A stretch of DNA of 39,981 bases from Thermotogota bacterium (GCA_034660555.1 JAYEJL010000135.1:1-39981), one strand, 5' to 3'; shown: positions 28,796 to 38,966, counted from the stretch's first letter. Program-made: numbers and translations. The notes: generated by a model from the sequence alone, not told the origin.

Positions 28796-30682
28796 TTGCA
28801 AATCACTGAAAGAATCAGTGGCTGGTTGAGAAATTTAATATTGTTACTTGTAGATTTCCTTTTAATATATCTATCATACACTCTGGGAATGTACCTGCGA
28901 TACGGTATTTTCTCTTTAAATGAACCAGAGTTTTTCCAGAACGGTTTGTTCTTTTCTCTTATTATATTGATTTTGCTTGTTGCTAATGGTGTTTACAGAA
29001 TTTCCTGGAGTTATTCAACATCCCGTGATCTGCTAATAATCTTAAGAGGAACGGTCATTGGTTATCTTGCTGGATTTCTATTTGGCAGATTTATGTTATT
29101 GTTCGGTATTAACATATTTACGGTTCCCTTTACAGTTGCCACAATGTGTTTTGTCGGAGCGACATTTTTCATTGTGTTTTCCAGAATATTGTGGTTATCC
29201 CTTCTATTTTATAGATCCAAAAGGGGCGAGCCTTCCTCACGCAAAATACTCATCATTGGCGCCGGCGATGCTGGGACATCCATAGCAGACGAAATAATAA
29301 GGAATCCGCCCTTTGGTAAAGTGATAGGGTTCCTTGATGACTCACCAAGAAAACAAAAAAAGAAGATTCATGGAATACCTGTTCTTGGTCATACAGAAAA
29401 GACTATGGAAATTATCAAAAATTATAACGTTGAGCTTGTGATTATTGCTATGCCTTCTGTAGAATCGAAAGAAATCAGAAGAATAATGAAATACATTGAC
29501 CGGGACAAGGTTAGGGTACAGATACTTCCTGCGCTAATTGAATTGATAGACATGAAAGCAAGCCTTGGTTATCTCCGTGATATCAACATAACAGACATTT
29601 TAGGAAGAGAAAGTGTGCAGATTGATAAAAGGAAAATCAAGGAATACATAGAAAATGAAATTGTTCTGGTAACGGGTGCTGGTGGAAGCATAGGAAGTGA
29701 ACTTTGTAGACAGATAGTGATGTTAAATCCCAAAAAGATCATCCTTCTGGGTAAAGGTGAAAACAGTATTTTCAGTATTTCCAGGGAGCTTCAGGACAAA
29801 TACCCTTCACTTAGGGTTTCACAGGTCATAGGAGATATCCAGGACAAAAAAAGGATGGAATACATCTTTTCGATATTCAAACCCACGATTGTCTTTCATG
29901 CTGCTGCCCACAAACATGTACCACTCATGGAGAAAAACCCCATTGAAGCATTAAGGGTCAATACATTGGGTACTTATAATGTGGCACATAACGCTGTCAA
30001 ACATAAATGTAAGGCTTTTATAATGATCTCTACGGATAAAGCAGTGAATCCAACTTCTGTAATGGGTGTATCCAAAAGACTTGCTGAAGAACTTCTACGT
30101 TCTCTTGCAAGAAATGAGAATACTTCAAATACAAGAATAGGTATGGTAAGATTTGGCAATGTTCTGGGGAGCAGAGGAAGCGTAATCCCTCTTTTCAAAA
30201 AGCAAATAGAGAATGGTGGCCCCTTAACGGTTACTGATCCCAGAATGAAACGTTATTTTATGACTATACCGGAAGCTGTGTCACTTGTTCTTCAAGCAGG
30301 TTCATATGCTAGTAACGGCGAGGTATTTGTTCTTGATATGGGAAAACCAGTAAAAATTGCTGATCTTGCAAAGGATATGATAACCCTTTCAGGATATGTA
30401 CCTGACCAGGAAATAAAAATAAAGTACACAGGTGTTCGTCCCGGAGAGAAACTCTTTGAAGAATTGAAATTGGATTCAGAAAATTTTGAAGATACTGATC
30501 ATCCAAAGATACTAAAATTTATAAACGATAATACTCTAAATAAGGAAGATACGGAAGAACTACTCCGTAAAATTGAAAAGATTGTGAAGGAGCAGAATCC
30601 CGCTCTCATAAATGAAATAATCAAAACGTATTTGCCTGACGCAGTTTCCAAAATCGTGAAGACATACCCTGAACTGGATTAA
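28796..30682 (+). CDS. UDP-N-acetylglucosamine 4,6-dehydratase (CapD/PglF/WbpM family)
   Basis: N-terminal TM segments, IIGAGDAG, TGAGGSIGSE, HAAAHKHVPLME, STDKAVNPTSVMGVSK, RFGNVLGSRGSV; GAGGTGA then TTG at 28796. Confidence 0.95.
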   Translation: MQITERISGWLRNLILLLVDFLLIYLSYTLGMYLRYGIFSLNEPEFFQNGLFFSLIILILLVANGVYRISWSYSTSRDLLIILRGTVIGYLAGFLFGRFMLLFGINIFTVPFTVATMCFVGATFFIVFSRILWLSLLFYRSKRGEPSSRKILIIGAGDAGTSIADEIIRNPPFGKVIGFLDDSPRKQKKKIHGIPVLGHTEKTMEIIKNYNVELVIIAMPSVESKEIRRIMKYIDRDKVRVQILPALIELIDMKASLGYLRDINITDILGRESVQIDKRKIKEYIENEIVLVTGAGGSIGSELCRQIVMLNPKKIILLGKGENSIFSISRELQDKYPSLRVSQVIGDIQDKKRMEYIFSIFKPTIVFHAAAHKHVPLMEKNPIEALRVNTLGTYNVAHNAVKHKCKAFIMISTDKAVNPTSVMGVSKRLAEELLRSLARNENTSNTRIGMVRFGNVLGSRGSVIPLFKKQIENGGPLTVTDPRMKRYFMTIPEAVSLVLQAGSYASNGEVFVLDMGKPVKIADLAKDMITLSGYVPDQEIKIKYTGVRPGEKLFEELKLDSENFEDTDHPKILKFINDNTLNKEDTEELLRKIEKIVKEQNPALINEIIKTYLPDAVSKIVKTYPELD

Positions 30683-30696
30683 GCAGGAGGTAGCAA

Positions 30697-31236
30697 ATGG
30701 ACTTTTATATTGATTTTGTCACAACATATCCCTTCACTTCAGCCATAGCACAGTTCGCAGTACTGGGAACACTGGGGGAAATTCTTGCCACCAAATTGGC
30801 TGGAAAGAAAGGTTTATTTACTTTATACTTCGTTCTCTCAAAGGCTCTTGTATGGGGTATACTGGCCGTGCCTATAAAAATAGCTTTTATAGGATTTGAG
30901 GGTTTCGTTGCAGCGCTGGTTTTGAACGGGTTGCTACCTGAAAGCGTTATGGAAGGATTCGCACATGCTTTGACCAGATCAATTTCCATGAATCTTCAAT
31001 TCGGTCCATTTCTTGTTTTGATACACAGGGCACTGGATAACCTTGTAACGAGAGAGAATAACTGGAAAAATATCGATAAAGCATTTTACAGTTTACTGTG
31101 GTTCTGGATTCCTGCACATACACTCACTTTTTCACTACCAAGGGAATTTCAGATAGGAATGGCAGCACTGTGGTCCTTTATGCTTGGACTGATTCTGGCT
31201 TACTTTTCACGAAAGAAGGAAGGAGTTGAGGCTTAA
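30697..31236 (+). CDS. Mpv17/PMP22-like membrane protein
   Basis: QFAVLGTLGE; WFWIPAHTLTFSLP...ALWS; about 4 TM segments. Confidence 0.7.
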   Translation: MDFYIDFVTTYPFTSAIAQFAVLGTLGEILATKLAGKKGLFTLYFVLSKALVWGILAVPIKIAFIGFEGFVAALVLNGLLPESVMEGFAHALTRSISMNLQFGPFLVLIHRALDNLVTRENNWKNIDKAFYSLLWFWIPAHTLTFSLPREFQIGMAALWSFMLGLILAYFSRKKEGVEA

Positions 31237-32399
31237 TGTTTGTTCCTTTAGCAAGTCCAGATATTACTGAAAAAGAAATTGAAACTGTAAATAAAGTTCT
31301 ACAATCAGGAATGCTCTCAATTGGAGAGTACACAAAGAAATTCGAGGAAAAGATAGCTAAATATTCAGGGCTTTCTTATGCAGTAGCGGTTAACAGCGGT
31401 ACTTCAGCCCTCCATTTGATAGCCAGAGCACTGAACATGACTTCAGGAGATATAATGATAACATCATCTTTCACGTTTATTTCCTCTGCCAATGTGGCTC
31501 TTTTTGAACATGCTCTGCCTGTTTTCGCTGATATTGATGAAAAAACACTAAATATCACTCCGGAGACACTTGATCACGCCTTAAAGGTTTACGAGAAAAG
31601 GGGTATGAAGACAGAAAAACTATCACTTCCAGTTTTTACACCAGGTTATTTCATGGCAGTGGATATCTTCGGACATCCTCTTGACTGGAATGGAATAACA
31701 AACATTTGTGAAAACCACAAAATCAAAATTATTGAAGATTCCTGTGAAGCACTTGGAAGCGAATATAAGGGCAATAAAGTAGGAAGTTTTGGTGAAGCAG
31801 GAAGTTTCGCTTTTTACCCCAACAAGCAGATAACTACGGGGGAAGGCGGAATTATCGTAACGGATAATGAAACCATAGCGAAAAACACAAAAAGCATGAG
31901 AAATCAGGGTAGAGGCGTAGAAGAGAACTGGCTGGAACACGTAAGACTTGGTTATAACTACAGAATAGATGAACTTTCTGCAGCCATTGGTTCTGTACAA
32001 ATGGATCGGTTCGATGAGCTGTTTAACAGGAGAAGTGAAGTAGCCAATCGCTACAACTCATTATTTGAAAATGTTGAAGGTGTTCAAACTCCTTACATAG
32101 CAGATTATGTAACAAAGATGAGCTGGTTTGTTTATGTTATAAGGTTTGATGAAACATTAGATAGGGATAAAATCATGGAATACTTAAACAATCATGGTGT
32201 TCAGTGTCGTGACTATTTCAAACCAATTCATCTCCAGCCATTCTATAAAAAACAGTTTGGTTATACAGAGGGCATGTTCCCGGTAACAGAAAAGGTATCA
32301 AAACAAACATTGGCAATACCTTTTCACAACAATTTAACCGTGGTAGAACAGAATTATGTCGCTGAAACATTGAAAGAAGCCATCGAGCGTGTTGGATGA
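31236..32399 (+). CDS. DegT/DnrJ/EryC1/StrS nucleotide-sugar aminotransferase (PglE-like)
   Basis: VNSGTSALH, IEDSCEALG, FAFYPNKQITTGEGG, GYNYR. Confidence 0.95.
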   Translation: MFVPLASPDITEKEIETVNKVLQSGMLSIGEYTKKFEEKIAKYSGLSYAVAVNSGTSALHLIARALNMTSGDIMITSSFTFISSANVALFEHALPVFADIDEKTLNITPETLDHALKVYEKRGMKTEKLSLPVFTPGYFMAVDIFGHPLDWNGITNICENHKIKIIEDSCEALGSEYKGNKVGSFGEAGSFAFYPNKQITTGEGGIIVTDNETIAKNTKSMRNQGRGVEENWLEHVRLGYNYRIDELSAAIGSVQMDRFDELFNRRSEVANRYNSLFENVEGVQTPYIADYVTKMSWFVYVIRFDETLDRDKIMEYLNNHGVQCRDYFKPIHLQPFYKKQFGYTEGMFPVTEKVSKQTLAIPFHNNLTVVEQNYVAETLKEAIERVG

Positions 32400-32403
32400 T
32401 TGA

Positions 32404-33300
32404 ATGCTGCTTTTCATTATAGCCTTTTTCTTAACCCTGGCTGCCATATATATATTTGGGAAAATTGGTATAAAGTACGACCTTATGGATAAACCTGCGG
32501 GACAGTTGAAACCCCATGAAAGACCTATTCCTTATACCGGAGGTATGGCAGTACTGGCCGGAATAACACCCGCACTTTTTTATACATCACCTATACTCTT
32601 TGCTGTTTCAGGCATGTGGCTGGTGGGGTTTTTAGATGACAGATTTGGAACTCCTCCAGTGGTAAGACTTCTCTTGCAGCTTGTTACAGGATTCTATCTT
32701 TCTTTCTTTGTATTTAATCACCCGATTTTAAGTTCGATTATCCTAGCTTTTACGTTTGCAGTAATTATAAATGCCTATAATATGATAGACGGTATGGATG
32801 GTATCTGCGGAGTAATATCCTTTGTTTCTTCTTTAGCACTTATTGTAGGCGGTTTAACTGACAATCTTTATATTGTGTTTTCCGCTGCTATACTGGCATT
32901 CATATTTTTCAATTTTCCTCCAGCCAGAATTTTCCTAGGCGACCAAGGAAGCTACATTGTGGGAACTGTTTTCGGTATCGCGCTGATCCAAACATATCAA
33001 GGGCAGCATCTATCACTGGTTATAGCTATTATATGGTTGCCTGTGCTGGATCTTATTCTTGGATTTATAAGAAGGGTGAAGGCAGGAAAATCACCTTTTT
33101 CCGGAGACCGAGACCATTTCTACGATAAACTGTATAGACTGCTGAACAATAACAAAAGAGCCACCGTACTCGTAGCGAGTTTAATGGCTCTTGTGTACTC
33201 ATTTTCTGCAATTTTCTTCAATGGATATGTTCTTTATGGGTTTCTCATTGTTCTATCGATAATCCAGGCATTCTCTTTAAAATCGCTGAAATCTACTTAA
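32404..33300 (+). CDS. MraY/WecA/TagO family polyprenyl-phosphate HexNAc-1-phosphate transferase
   Basis: PYTGG, GFLDD, NAYNMIDGMDG, FNFPPARIFLGDQGS, DRDH. Confidence 0.92.
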   Translation: MLLFIIAFFLTLAAIYIFGKIGIKYDLMDKPAGQLKPHERPIPYTGGMAVLAGITPALFYTSPILFAVSGMWLVGFLDDRFGTPPVVRLLLQLVTGFYLSFFVFNHPILSSIILAFTFAVIINAYNMIDGMDGICGVISFVSSLALIVGGLTDNLYIVFSAAILAFIFFNFPPARIFLGDQGSYIVGTVFGIALIQTYQGQHLSLVIAIIWLPVLDLILGFIRRVKAGKSPFSGDRDHFYDKLYRLLNNNKRATVLVASLMALVYSFSAIFFNGYVLYGFLIVLSIIQAFSLKSLKST

Positions 33301-34225
33301 ACCATCGTATTCTAAAAAGAATAACACCCATTATGATTGCAGTAACTGCACCGATACCCATTGTTATATAGAAAGCATAGGGATTGCTCTGCAATGGCAG
33401 ACTAATATTCATACCATATATTGAAGCGATTAACATGGGAATTGTTAAAACCAGGGTAATGATGGTCAGGATCTTCATTATTAAGTTGAGATTGTTGGAT
33501 ATAACTGAAGCAAAGGCATCCATCATACCACTCAATATATCACTATAGATCTGTGCCATTTCAATTGCCTGCCTGTTATCGATAATTATATTTTCAAACA
33601 GCTCTTCATCTTCCTCATAAAGAGTCAATATTTTTGCGCGTTTTAGTTTTTCATACACAAGCTCGTTGGATCGCAAAGATGTGGTGAAATAAACCAGGGA
33701 CTTTTCCAGTTCTAGCATTGCGATTAATTCTGCGTTTTTAGTTGACTTATGGAGTTCGTTTTCTATTGTGTTTGACTGCCTGCGAATCTCTTTTAAATAT
33801 CTCAAATAATATATGGTAATGCGTTCAAACAACTTCAATAAAAACCTGAATTTCTTTTTTGTTGAAAATCCTGCAAGTTCTTTTTCCAGAATGCCCGAGA
33901 TAATTTCATTTTTACACGCTGAAATTGTTACTATCATTTCAGGAGTTATGACTATACCAAGGGGAAGAGTTTTGTAAGGTACTTCAGGGTCTTCTTTATC
34001 AAAAAATGGGATTTTAATAATTATGTATATATTGTTCTCATCCTGCTCAAAGCGAGCTCTCTCTTCTGGGTCAAGAACATCGTAAACAAAATCTTCTTCA
34101 ATTCCCAGTTCCATTAATAACGCCATATCATCTTCACAGGGATTCTGCACATCTATCCAGGTTTTCTCCTGCAAATTATCGATTTCTTTTAAGGTTCTGT
34201 CTTCAGTAAGGAAATAACGAATCAT
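33293..34225 (-). CDS. corA: CorA family Mg2+ transporter
   Basis: SIYGMN signature, two C-terminal TM segments, DPEERAR, SVISNNLN. Confidence 0.95.
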   Translation of the reverse strand: MIRYFLTEDRTLKEIDNLQEKTWIDVQNPCEDDMALLMELGIEEDFVYDVLDPEERARFEQDENNIYIIIKIPFFDKEDPEVPYKTLPLGIVITPEMIVTISACKNEIISGILEKELAGFSTKKKFRFLLKLFERITIYYLRYLKEIRRQSNTIENELHKSTKNAELIAMLELEKSLVYFTTSLRSNELVYEKLKRAKILTLYEEDEELFENIIIDNRQAIEMAQIYSDILSGMMDAFASVISNNLNLIMKILTIITLVLTIPMLIASIYGMNISLPLQSNPYAFYITMGIGAVTAIIMGVILFRIRWFK

Positions 34226-34311
34226 ACTTTACCCTCCTTTGCTAAAAAAGTTATTAAATCAAAATAAAATTAGTACATTGTGGAGGGTGTAACACATTCA
34301 TAAACATCCTC

Positions 34312-34350
34312 TCAAGGCGGTAAATCACCACTACTACTGTATAATTCCAT
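34312..34350 (-). CDS. Putative corA leader peptide MELYSSSGDLPP
   Basis: AAGGAGGT SD, 5-nt spacer, ATG at 34350, 12 codons, CCG CCT TGA; lies between the promoter and corA. Confidence 0.7.
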   Translation of the reverse strand: MELYSSSGDLPP

Positions 34351-34369
34351 ACTCCCACCTCCTTGCAGA

Positions 34370-34380
34370 ATTATATCACA
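34370..34380 (-). promoter_or_regulatory. Extended -10 promoter for leader-corA
   Basis: Minus strand TGTGATATAAT (TGnTATAAT) just upstream of the leader SD. Confidence 0.7.
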
Positions 34381-34411
34381 GTTACGCTTGTGAATATTCT
34401 CGGATTGATCA

Positions 34412-35155
34412 TCATAAACGCTGTTTTAAGACTTCAAAAGCTATTATCGAAGCTGCTGAGACAGTTGGAAGTGAATAATTAACATTTCTACCGTAAGGAA
34501 TCTTAAATTTTAGATCTGCATTCTTCTTGAATGTTCTTGACACTCCTCTTTTCTCTCCTCCAATAACAACAAACAGCGGAACAGTAAGATCGATATCAAA
34601 TAATGAAATAGAATTTTCTTTTGATGAGCAGGCAATCTTCAGTCCTTTTTGTTTGAAGTACTGTGCAGCTTCTTCATCCGTTTGAACCACAGCTGTTGGT
34701 ATAAGCTCAGAAGCACCAGCAGATGCCTTTGCCACGATGTGGGAAGCATTCATCCAATTCCTCGGTTTTAGAATAAGACCGTCCACACTTGCTGCATGAA
34801 AGGTTCTAATTGCATAACCGAAGTTAAATGGATCTTCTATTCCATCAAGCATTACAACAAAGGGGGCTCTGTCTCTATTACCAAGAGAAAGTTCTTCAAG
34901 CTTAAGATATTCTCGTTCTCCAGCAATAGCCAGAATACCACCATGGGTTTTACCCGTGGCCAGATTATCTATAAAGTCTTTTTCAACCAATTCAATCTTA
35001 GCTTTCCGTGAGCCTGCAAGTTTAACAAGATGGTCAATTGTTCCTCTATTCTTTCCTTTTTGAATGTAAATCTCTTTTATTTTCCTACTTCGCGCAATCA
35101 ATGAAGATTCAACACTTATGTACCCTTCGAGGATACAGTGATCAATTTTCTTCAT
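34412..35155 (-). CDS. TrmH/SpoU family RNA 2'-O-methyltransferase (RlmB-like)
   Basis: [35 protein letters not shown]. Confidence 0.9.
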   Translation of the reverse strand: MKKIDHCILEGYISVESSLIARSRKIKEIYIQKGKNRGTIDHLVKLAGSRKAKIELVEKDFIDNLATGKTHGGILAIAGEREYLKLEELSLGNRDRAPFVVMLDGIEDPFNFGYAIRTFHAASVDGLILKPRNWMNASHIVAKASAGASELIPTAVVQTDEEAAQYFKQKGLKIACSSKENSISLFDIDLTVPLFVVIGGEKRGVSRTFKKNADLKFKIPYGRNVNYSLPTVSAASIIAFEVLKQRL

Positions 35156-35981
35156 TTTTATGTTCCTTCCTGTTATTTGAAAACCATTCGGAAGCGAAAT
35201 CTACCAGAACCTTTTGTGGAATCATCCTGGCTTTTGCTACACCAAGCTTTCCTTTTCTAACCAGGTGTGACATCTGGTTTTCAAAAGCGTTCCCCACATC
35301 TTCGAAATCATCCGACGACAAATCAAGATCCTTGAATGTTACCCATTCTCTTTTTCCATTGACCATTACTGGTGCTCCCTGTTCTATCAATTCTTTTGAT
35401 GGATAATCTGAAAGGTATTCAACAAGGTGAAGAGATGTATTTTTTGAATAACCAACGCCCAACAGCAAAATCCACGCTCCAAGTTTATAGAGCTTTCCAA
35501 GGGGCGAATCAGGCCCCAACGAATAGGATAAATGATGACCCTCCGTGATATACTTTGCATATTTTCCCCAGGCAGTAAAGGAAACCTGTGGATGTTCACT
35601 TCTTACTACATTATGTTGCTTTCTGAATGTTTCAGCTATGATTCCCATACCCCTTGTTGGTGTTAATGAAGGATCGAAGACCGGCATATTGTCTCTCATT
35701 ACCCCCCACCAACTTTCGGGTACAGGTGGATTGCTTCAGTCCGAGGGTTCAAAGTAATCTGATGAATGAGCAGGCATGACAAGTGTTCCCTTCTCCGTTA
35801 AAATCTCCTCAAGGGCTTGAATAACCGTAACTGCTCCACCGCAAACCCATCCCAGCGATTGAAGAGATGAGTGCACAATTACCGTTAAGCCCTCTCTCAT
35901 TCCGAGTTCATTAAAATCCTTCTTTAAACTATCCTTTGTTATGGGAACATCACTCTTTAAGACGGCCTCTTTTTCATCCAT
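35142..35981 (-). pseudogene. AAC(3)/YokD family N-acetyltransferase with an in-frame TGA
   Basis: Two same-frame ORFs; VHSSLQSLGWVCGG...[14 protein letters not shown]...RSEHPQVSF...NTSLH; TGA at 35736-35738; GGAGG RBS before ATG at 35981. Confidence 0.9.
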
Positions 35982-36081
35982 AGTAAAAATCCTCCACTTC
36001 CCAGTGATTCTATACAAAAAAATGGTTGACTTAATGTTATCTGAAGTCAACCCATTTTACAATATTAAATATATTATGGCG

Positions 36082-36947
36082 TTAAAGCTTAAAACCTGAT
36101 TTATTGTTAGAATTATCCAGTTTAAAACTCTGACTTTTCTCAAAAGGTCTGAATCCGCTTTTCCTCTGTAGATAACCAAGAACAATTTCCTTAAAATTTG
36201 CAAACCTTCCTGTTTCTTCTGTTGTTTTTACAAGGGTTTCGTTACCCAGGGTAGAAACAACCTCTCCTGCCTTCACGCTCTCTTCCTGGGTTAGGATTCT
36301 ATGGTTTTCCTTTGCTTCATCCATGCTATCGGTATATATTACATGCCCTTCAAGAATAATGGCAAAGGAGTGAGCAATCTCTTCCAGATCAAAGATTTCA
36401 TGTGATGATATGATCATTGTTTTACCTTCTTTAATTACGTAATCTCTGAGAACTTCCATTATTTCCTGTCTTATAACCGGGTCCAGGTTCTGTGTCGGCT
36501 CATCCAGCAATAATAAATCCGCTCCGCTGGCAACAGTGAGAGCCATGTGAAATAGAGTTTTCATTCCCATGGAATAAACCTCAACCCGTTGAGAAAGATC
36601 GAATTTGTAATGCACGGCAAAGCCGTTAAAGATCTTCTCCTGCCAGGTAGGATAAAGCATTCTCCAGATTCCCACGTAATCTTCACCTGTAAATCCTCTA
36701 AAATTCAGTCTGTCTTCAGTTAGTACAGCTATTTTTTGTTTTGCCTTTGAATCGAGTTTCCCGCCAAAAACGTTTATTGAACCATTATCTGGTTTAAGCT
36801 CACCATAAATACATCTTAGTGTTGTAGTTTTCCTGCACCATTTGGCCCAACAAAGGCGAAAATCTCTCCTTCTTTTATGTTGAGTGAAATATTATTAAGA
36901 ACGGTTTTTGAACCAAACCTCTTGCTCAATTCTTCTATTCTGATCAT
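36082..36947 (-). pseudogene. ABC transporter ATPase (YtrB-like), frameshifted in Walker A
   Basis: ATG at 36947 reads MIRIEELSK...GPNGAGK then stops; one extra A in the run at 36828-36831 restores GKTTTLRC in frame with YSMGM/LLLLDEPT/SSH. Confidence 0.9.
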
Positions 36948-37540
36948 TATTTCTGTACCCCTTCTTTAACAACACTATATAGGAAACAATTAGTAATCCA
37001 GCAGCTACAGCGCTTACTATAAAGACATTACCTTGATGGATAGAACTAATGTAGTAATAAGGGTTGGACCATCTAACATTGAAACCTCCACTTACAAGTC
37101 TATTCCCTTCACCTCCTGCAATAAGATCCACCAGGAAAATCAGAAGCGGTATACCAAAATTGTCCAGTCCCGCTGTAACACTCAATACCGCGATTGCATA
37201 ATAAGCGGTGGCAAATATTACCGATCCTAACAAGTACAGTGACATTAATTCAATGTTTACTCCAAAAGAGTCCAGCGCTTATAAACTCCGTTACTGAAAC
37301 GACAGCAATAAGAAAAATATATGAATACCAGAACAGACTTGAATATGAAAAGGGGAGTGCCAGTAAATTTGACATTTTCTTATTCTGCGTATCTGAAGGT
37401 AAAAAACTTGTGATCAACAGAAAAATAAAGAACAATCGCACTCTATAATCAGGAATCAATAAAAACAATGAAAATATCGCAAGACGCCCCGCCTTTTCAC
37501 TAAATTCTTTCATGAAATATGCTTCAACCTTTTCAAGCAT
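36895..37540 (-). pseudogene. ABC-2 type permease, frameshifted
   Basis: Two hydrophobic ORFs offset by one frame near 37264-37267 (CTCTTTTGGA); removing one T joins ...GLF-GVNIELMSLY; LLALPFS motif. Confidence 0.75.
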
Positions 37541-37889
37541 TTTTCCACACCTCCTCAAGTAAAATCTTCGCCATGGGAAGATTTACATTGTTCTTCTTAA
37601 GTTCACTGGCAGTGCCTTCTATTAGCTCAACCAGTTTTTTATTTACTATATGTGATTCTTTTACGAAATAACCTACTCCCTGTTCTGCCTCCAGCAAACC
37701 TTCATAGTGAAGTTTTTCAAAGGCCTTCAACACCGTGTTGGTATTTACTCCAAATCTTGACGCTAATTCCCTTACGGGAGGAAGCTGGTCTCCAATTTTG
37801 AGTCTTCCAAACATAATTTCCTTTTTCACGATATTCATAATCTGTATATATGCCGGAACTCCTGAATGTTTATCTACTTTTGTCAACAT
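37533..37889 (-). CDS. GntR family regulator, YtrA subfamily
   Basis: PAYIQI, GDQLPPVRELA, VNTNTVLKAF, GVGYFV; short C-terminus; precedes ABC genes. Confidence 0.93.
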   Translation of the reverse strand: MLTKVDKHSGVPAYIQIMNIVKKEIMFGRLKIGDQLPPVRELASRFGVNTNTVLKAFEKLHYEGLLEAEQGVGYFVKESHIVNKKLVELIEGTASELKKNNVNLPMAKILLEEVWKNA

Positions 37890-37902
37890 ACCATTCACTT
37901 CT

Positions 37903-38901
37903 TTAATAACGTCTTTCTGTAATCGAGACTATGCCACTTTTGTTTATAGACAATGTACCTGATGACCCGGGAATCCAGATGTCAAGATCACCTCGAGAGG
38001 CATTAATCGAGAAATTTCTGCTTCCTGACCAGTCATCGAGATATTTTATTGTCCCGGTAACCGAAGTGCCCCTTAATGAAATCTGCTCTGTAAGTTCTGT
38101 TTCAACATCTAAATCTATACTTGTTCCACTGATTCTAATATTTTCTGAAAACATACTACCTTCGATATTGACTGAGGTTCCATCAATCTGAACATTACGC
38201 GAATTCAAATTGCTTTTAGCGTTAACAGACGTACTTCTTATTGAGATAAGCTCTTCTGCATTAATATCTCCGCTGATCTTAACGCTTGTACTATCAACAA
38301 CGAATTTATTTGTATGTACGTATCCTTCCATATCCACAAAAACTGAATCAAATTTTATTTCTTCAAAGGTTTTTTTTGTGCCGATGGTAACAATAGCTTT
38401 TGTATTTATATAACTATCAGGAAGTTCAATACGTAAAATTCCGTGGATTTCATTTAGTTCGAGCTCGTCAGGGATATGTATTCTTTCACTTTCAGGATCA
38501 AACTCAACTTCAAAGGCTAACCCATCAAAGTAAAGATAATCTGCCGCATCAACATATGTATCAGGATGTAGCGTTTTTGCGGTGTTTGAGCTATAGGAAC
38601 CTCTTCCAGTTGAGAACGAATTATCAAAAAATTGTTCCAGTCCCGGTCCAATAAAATTTGGTATATTCCAGAAAGGTGGCTGCAGTATTCCTATAGCTGA
38701 TAAAACAACGATTGGTAAAACAATAAACACAACTGACAGGGTTATCAAAAGCCACGCAAATTTTTTCAGGGTGGTGGCAAAAATTATGATCCCCGCCAGT
38801 ACAAAAAGTACTTTCAGAACTGCGTAAGGAATTACTATGGCCAGAATTCCCAGGATAGCTGCGATGATTAGTTTTGTAATTAAAGGATATTTTGCGTTCA
38901 T
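37903..38901 (-). CDS. Membrane-anchored protein with DUF4097-like beta-strand repeats
   Basis: Three N-terminal TM segments; repeated (D/S/G)TSV-x-I units; GGAGGTG RBS. Confidence 0.65.
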   Translation of the reverse strand: MNAKYPLITKLIIAAILGILAIVIPYAVLKVLFVLAGIIIFATTLKKFAWLLITLSVVFIVLPIVVLSAIGILQPPFWNIPNFIGPGLEQFFDNSFSTGRGSYSSNTAKTLHPDTYVDAADYLYFDGLAFEVEFDPESERIHIPDELELNEIHGILRIELPDSYINTKAIVTIGTKKTFEEIKFDSVFVDMEGYVHTNKFVVDSTSVKISGDINAEELISIRSTSVNAKSNLNSRNVQIDGTSVNIEGSMFSENIRISGTSIDLDVETELTEQISLRGTSVTGTIKYLDDWSGSRNFSINASRGDLDIWIPGSSGTLSINKSGIVSITERRY

Positions 38902-38926
38902 CTGTTACACCTCCATATAATCTTAT

Positions 38927-38966
38927 TGTTCTATATAATTAGAACACTAAAACTTTATTTTGTCAA
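38927..38966 (-). promoter_or_regulatory. Promoter with YtrA-type operator
   Basis: TTGACA (38966-38961), 17 nt, TCTAAT; overlapping palindrome TGTTCTA-N6-TAGAACA at 38927-38946. Confidence 0.75.

Noticed and set aside
34225..34412. M-box (ykoK) Mg2+ riboswitch upstream of corA
   Set aside because: The leader is short and AT-rich without a recognisable M-box fold or terminator; the uORF plus anti-SD explains it better.
8236..35738. UGA-to-Trp or selenocysteine recoding, suggested by two in-frame TGAs at probable Trp positions (8236, 35736)
   Set aside because: Many intact genes here end in TGA (crp, DMT, glpX, kal) and use TGG for Trp; the dppB copy also has a TAG; the positions are not Cys-like. 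Simple G-to-A nonsense changes explain both.
35142..35981. Functional aminoglycoside resistance gene
   Set aside because: It is a chromosomal YokD-like member of unknown substrate, interrupted by a stop, with no mobile context.
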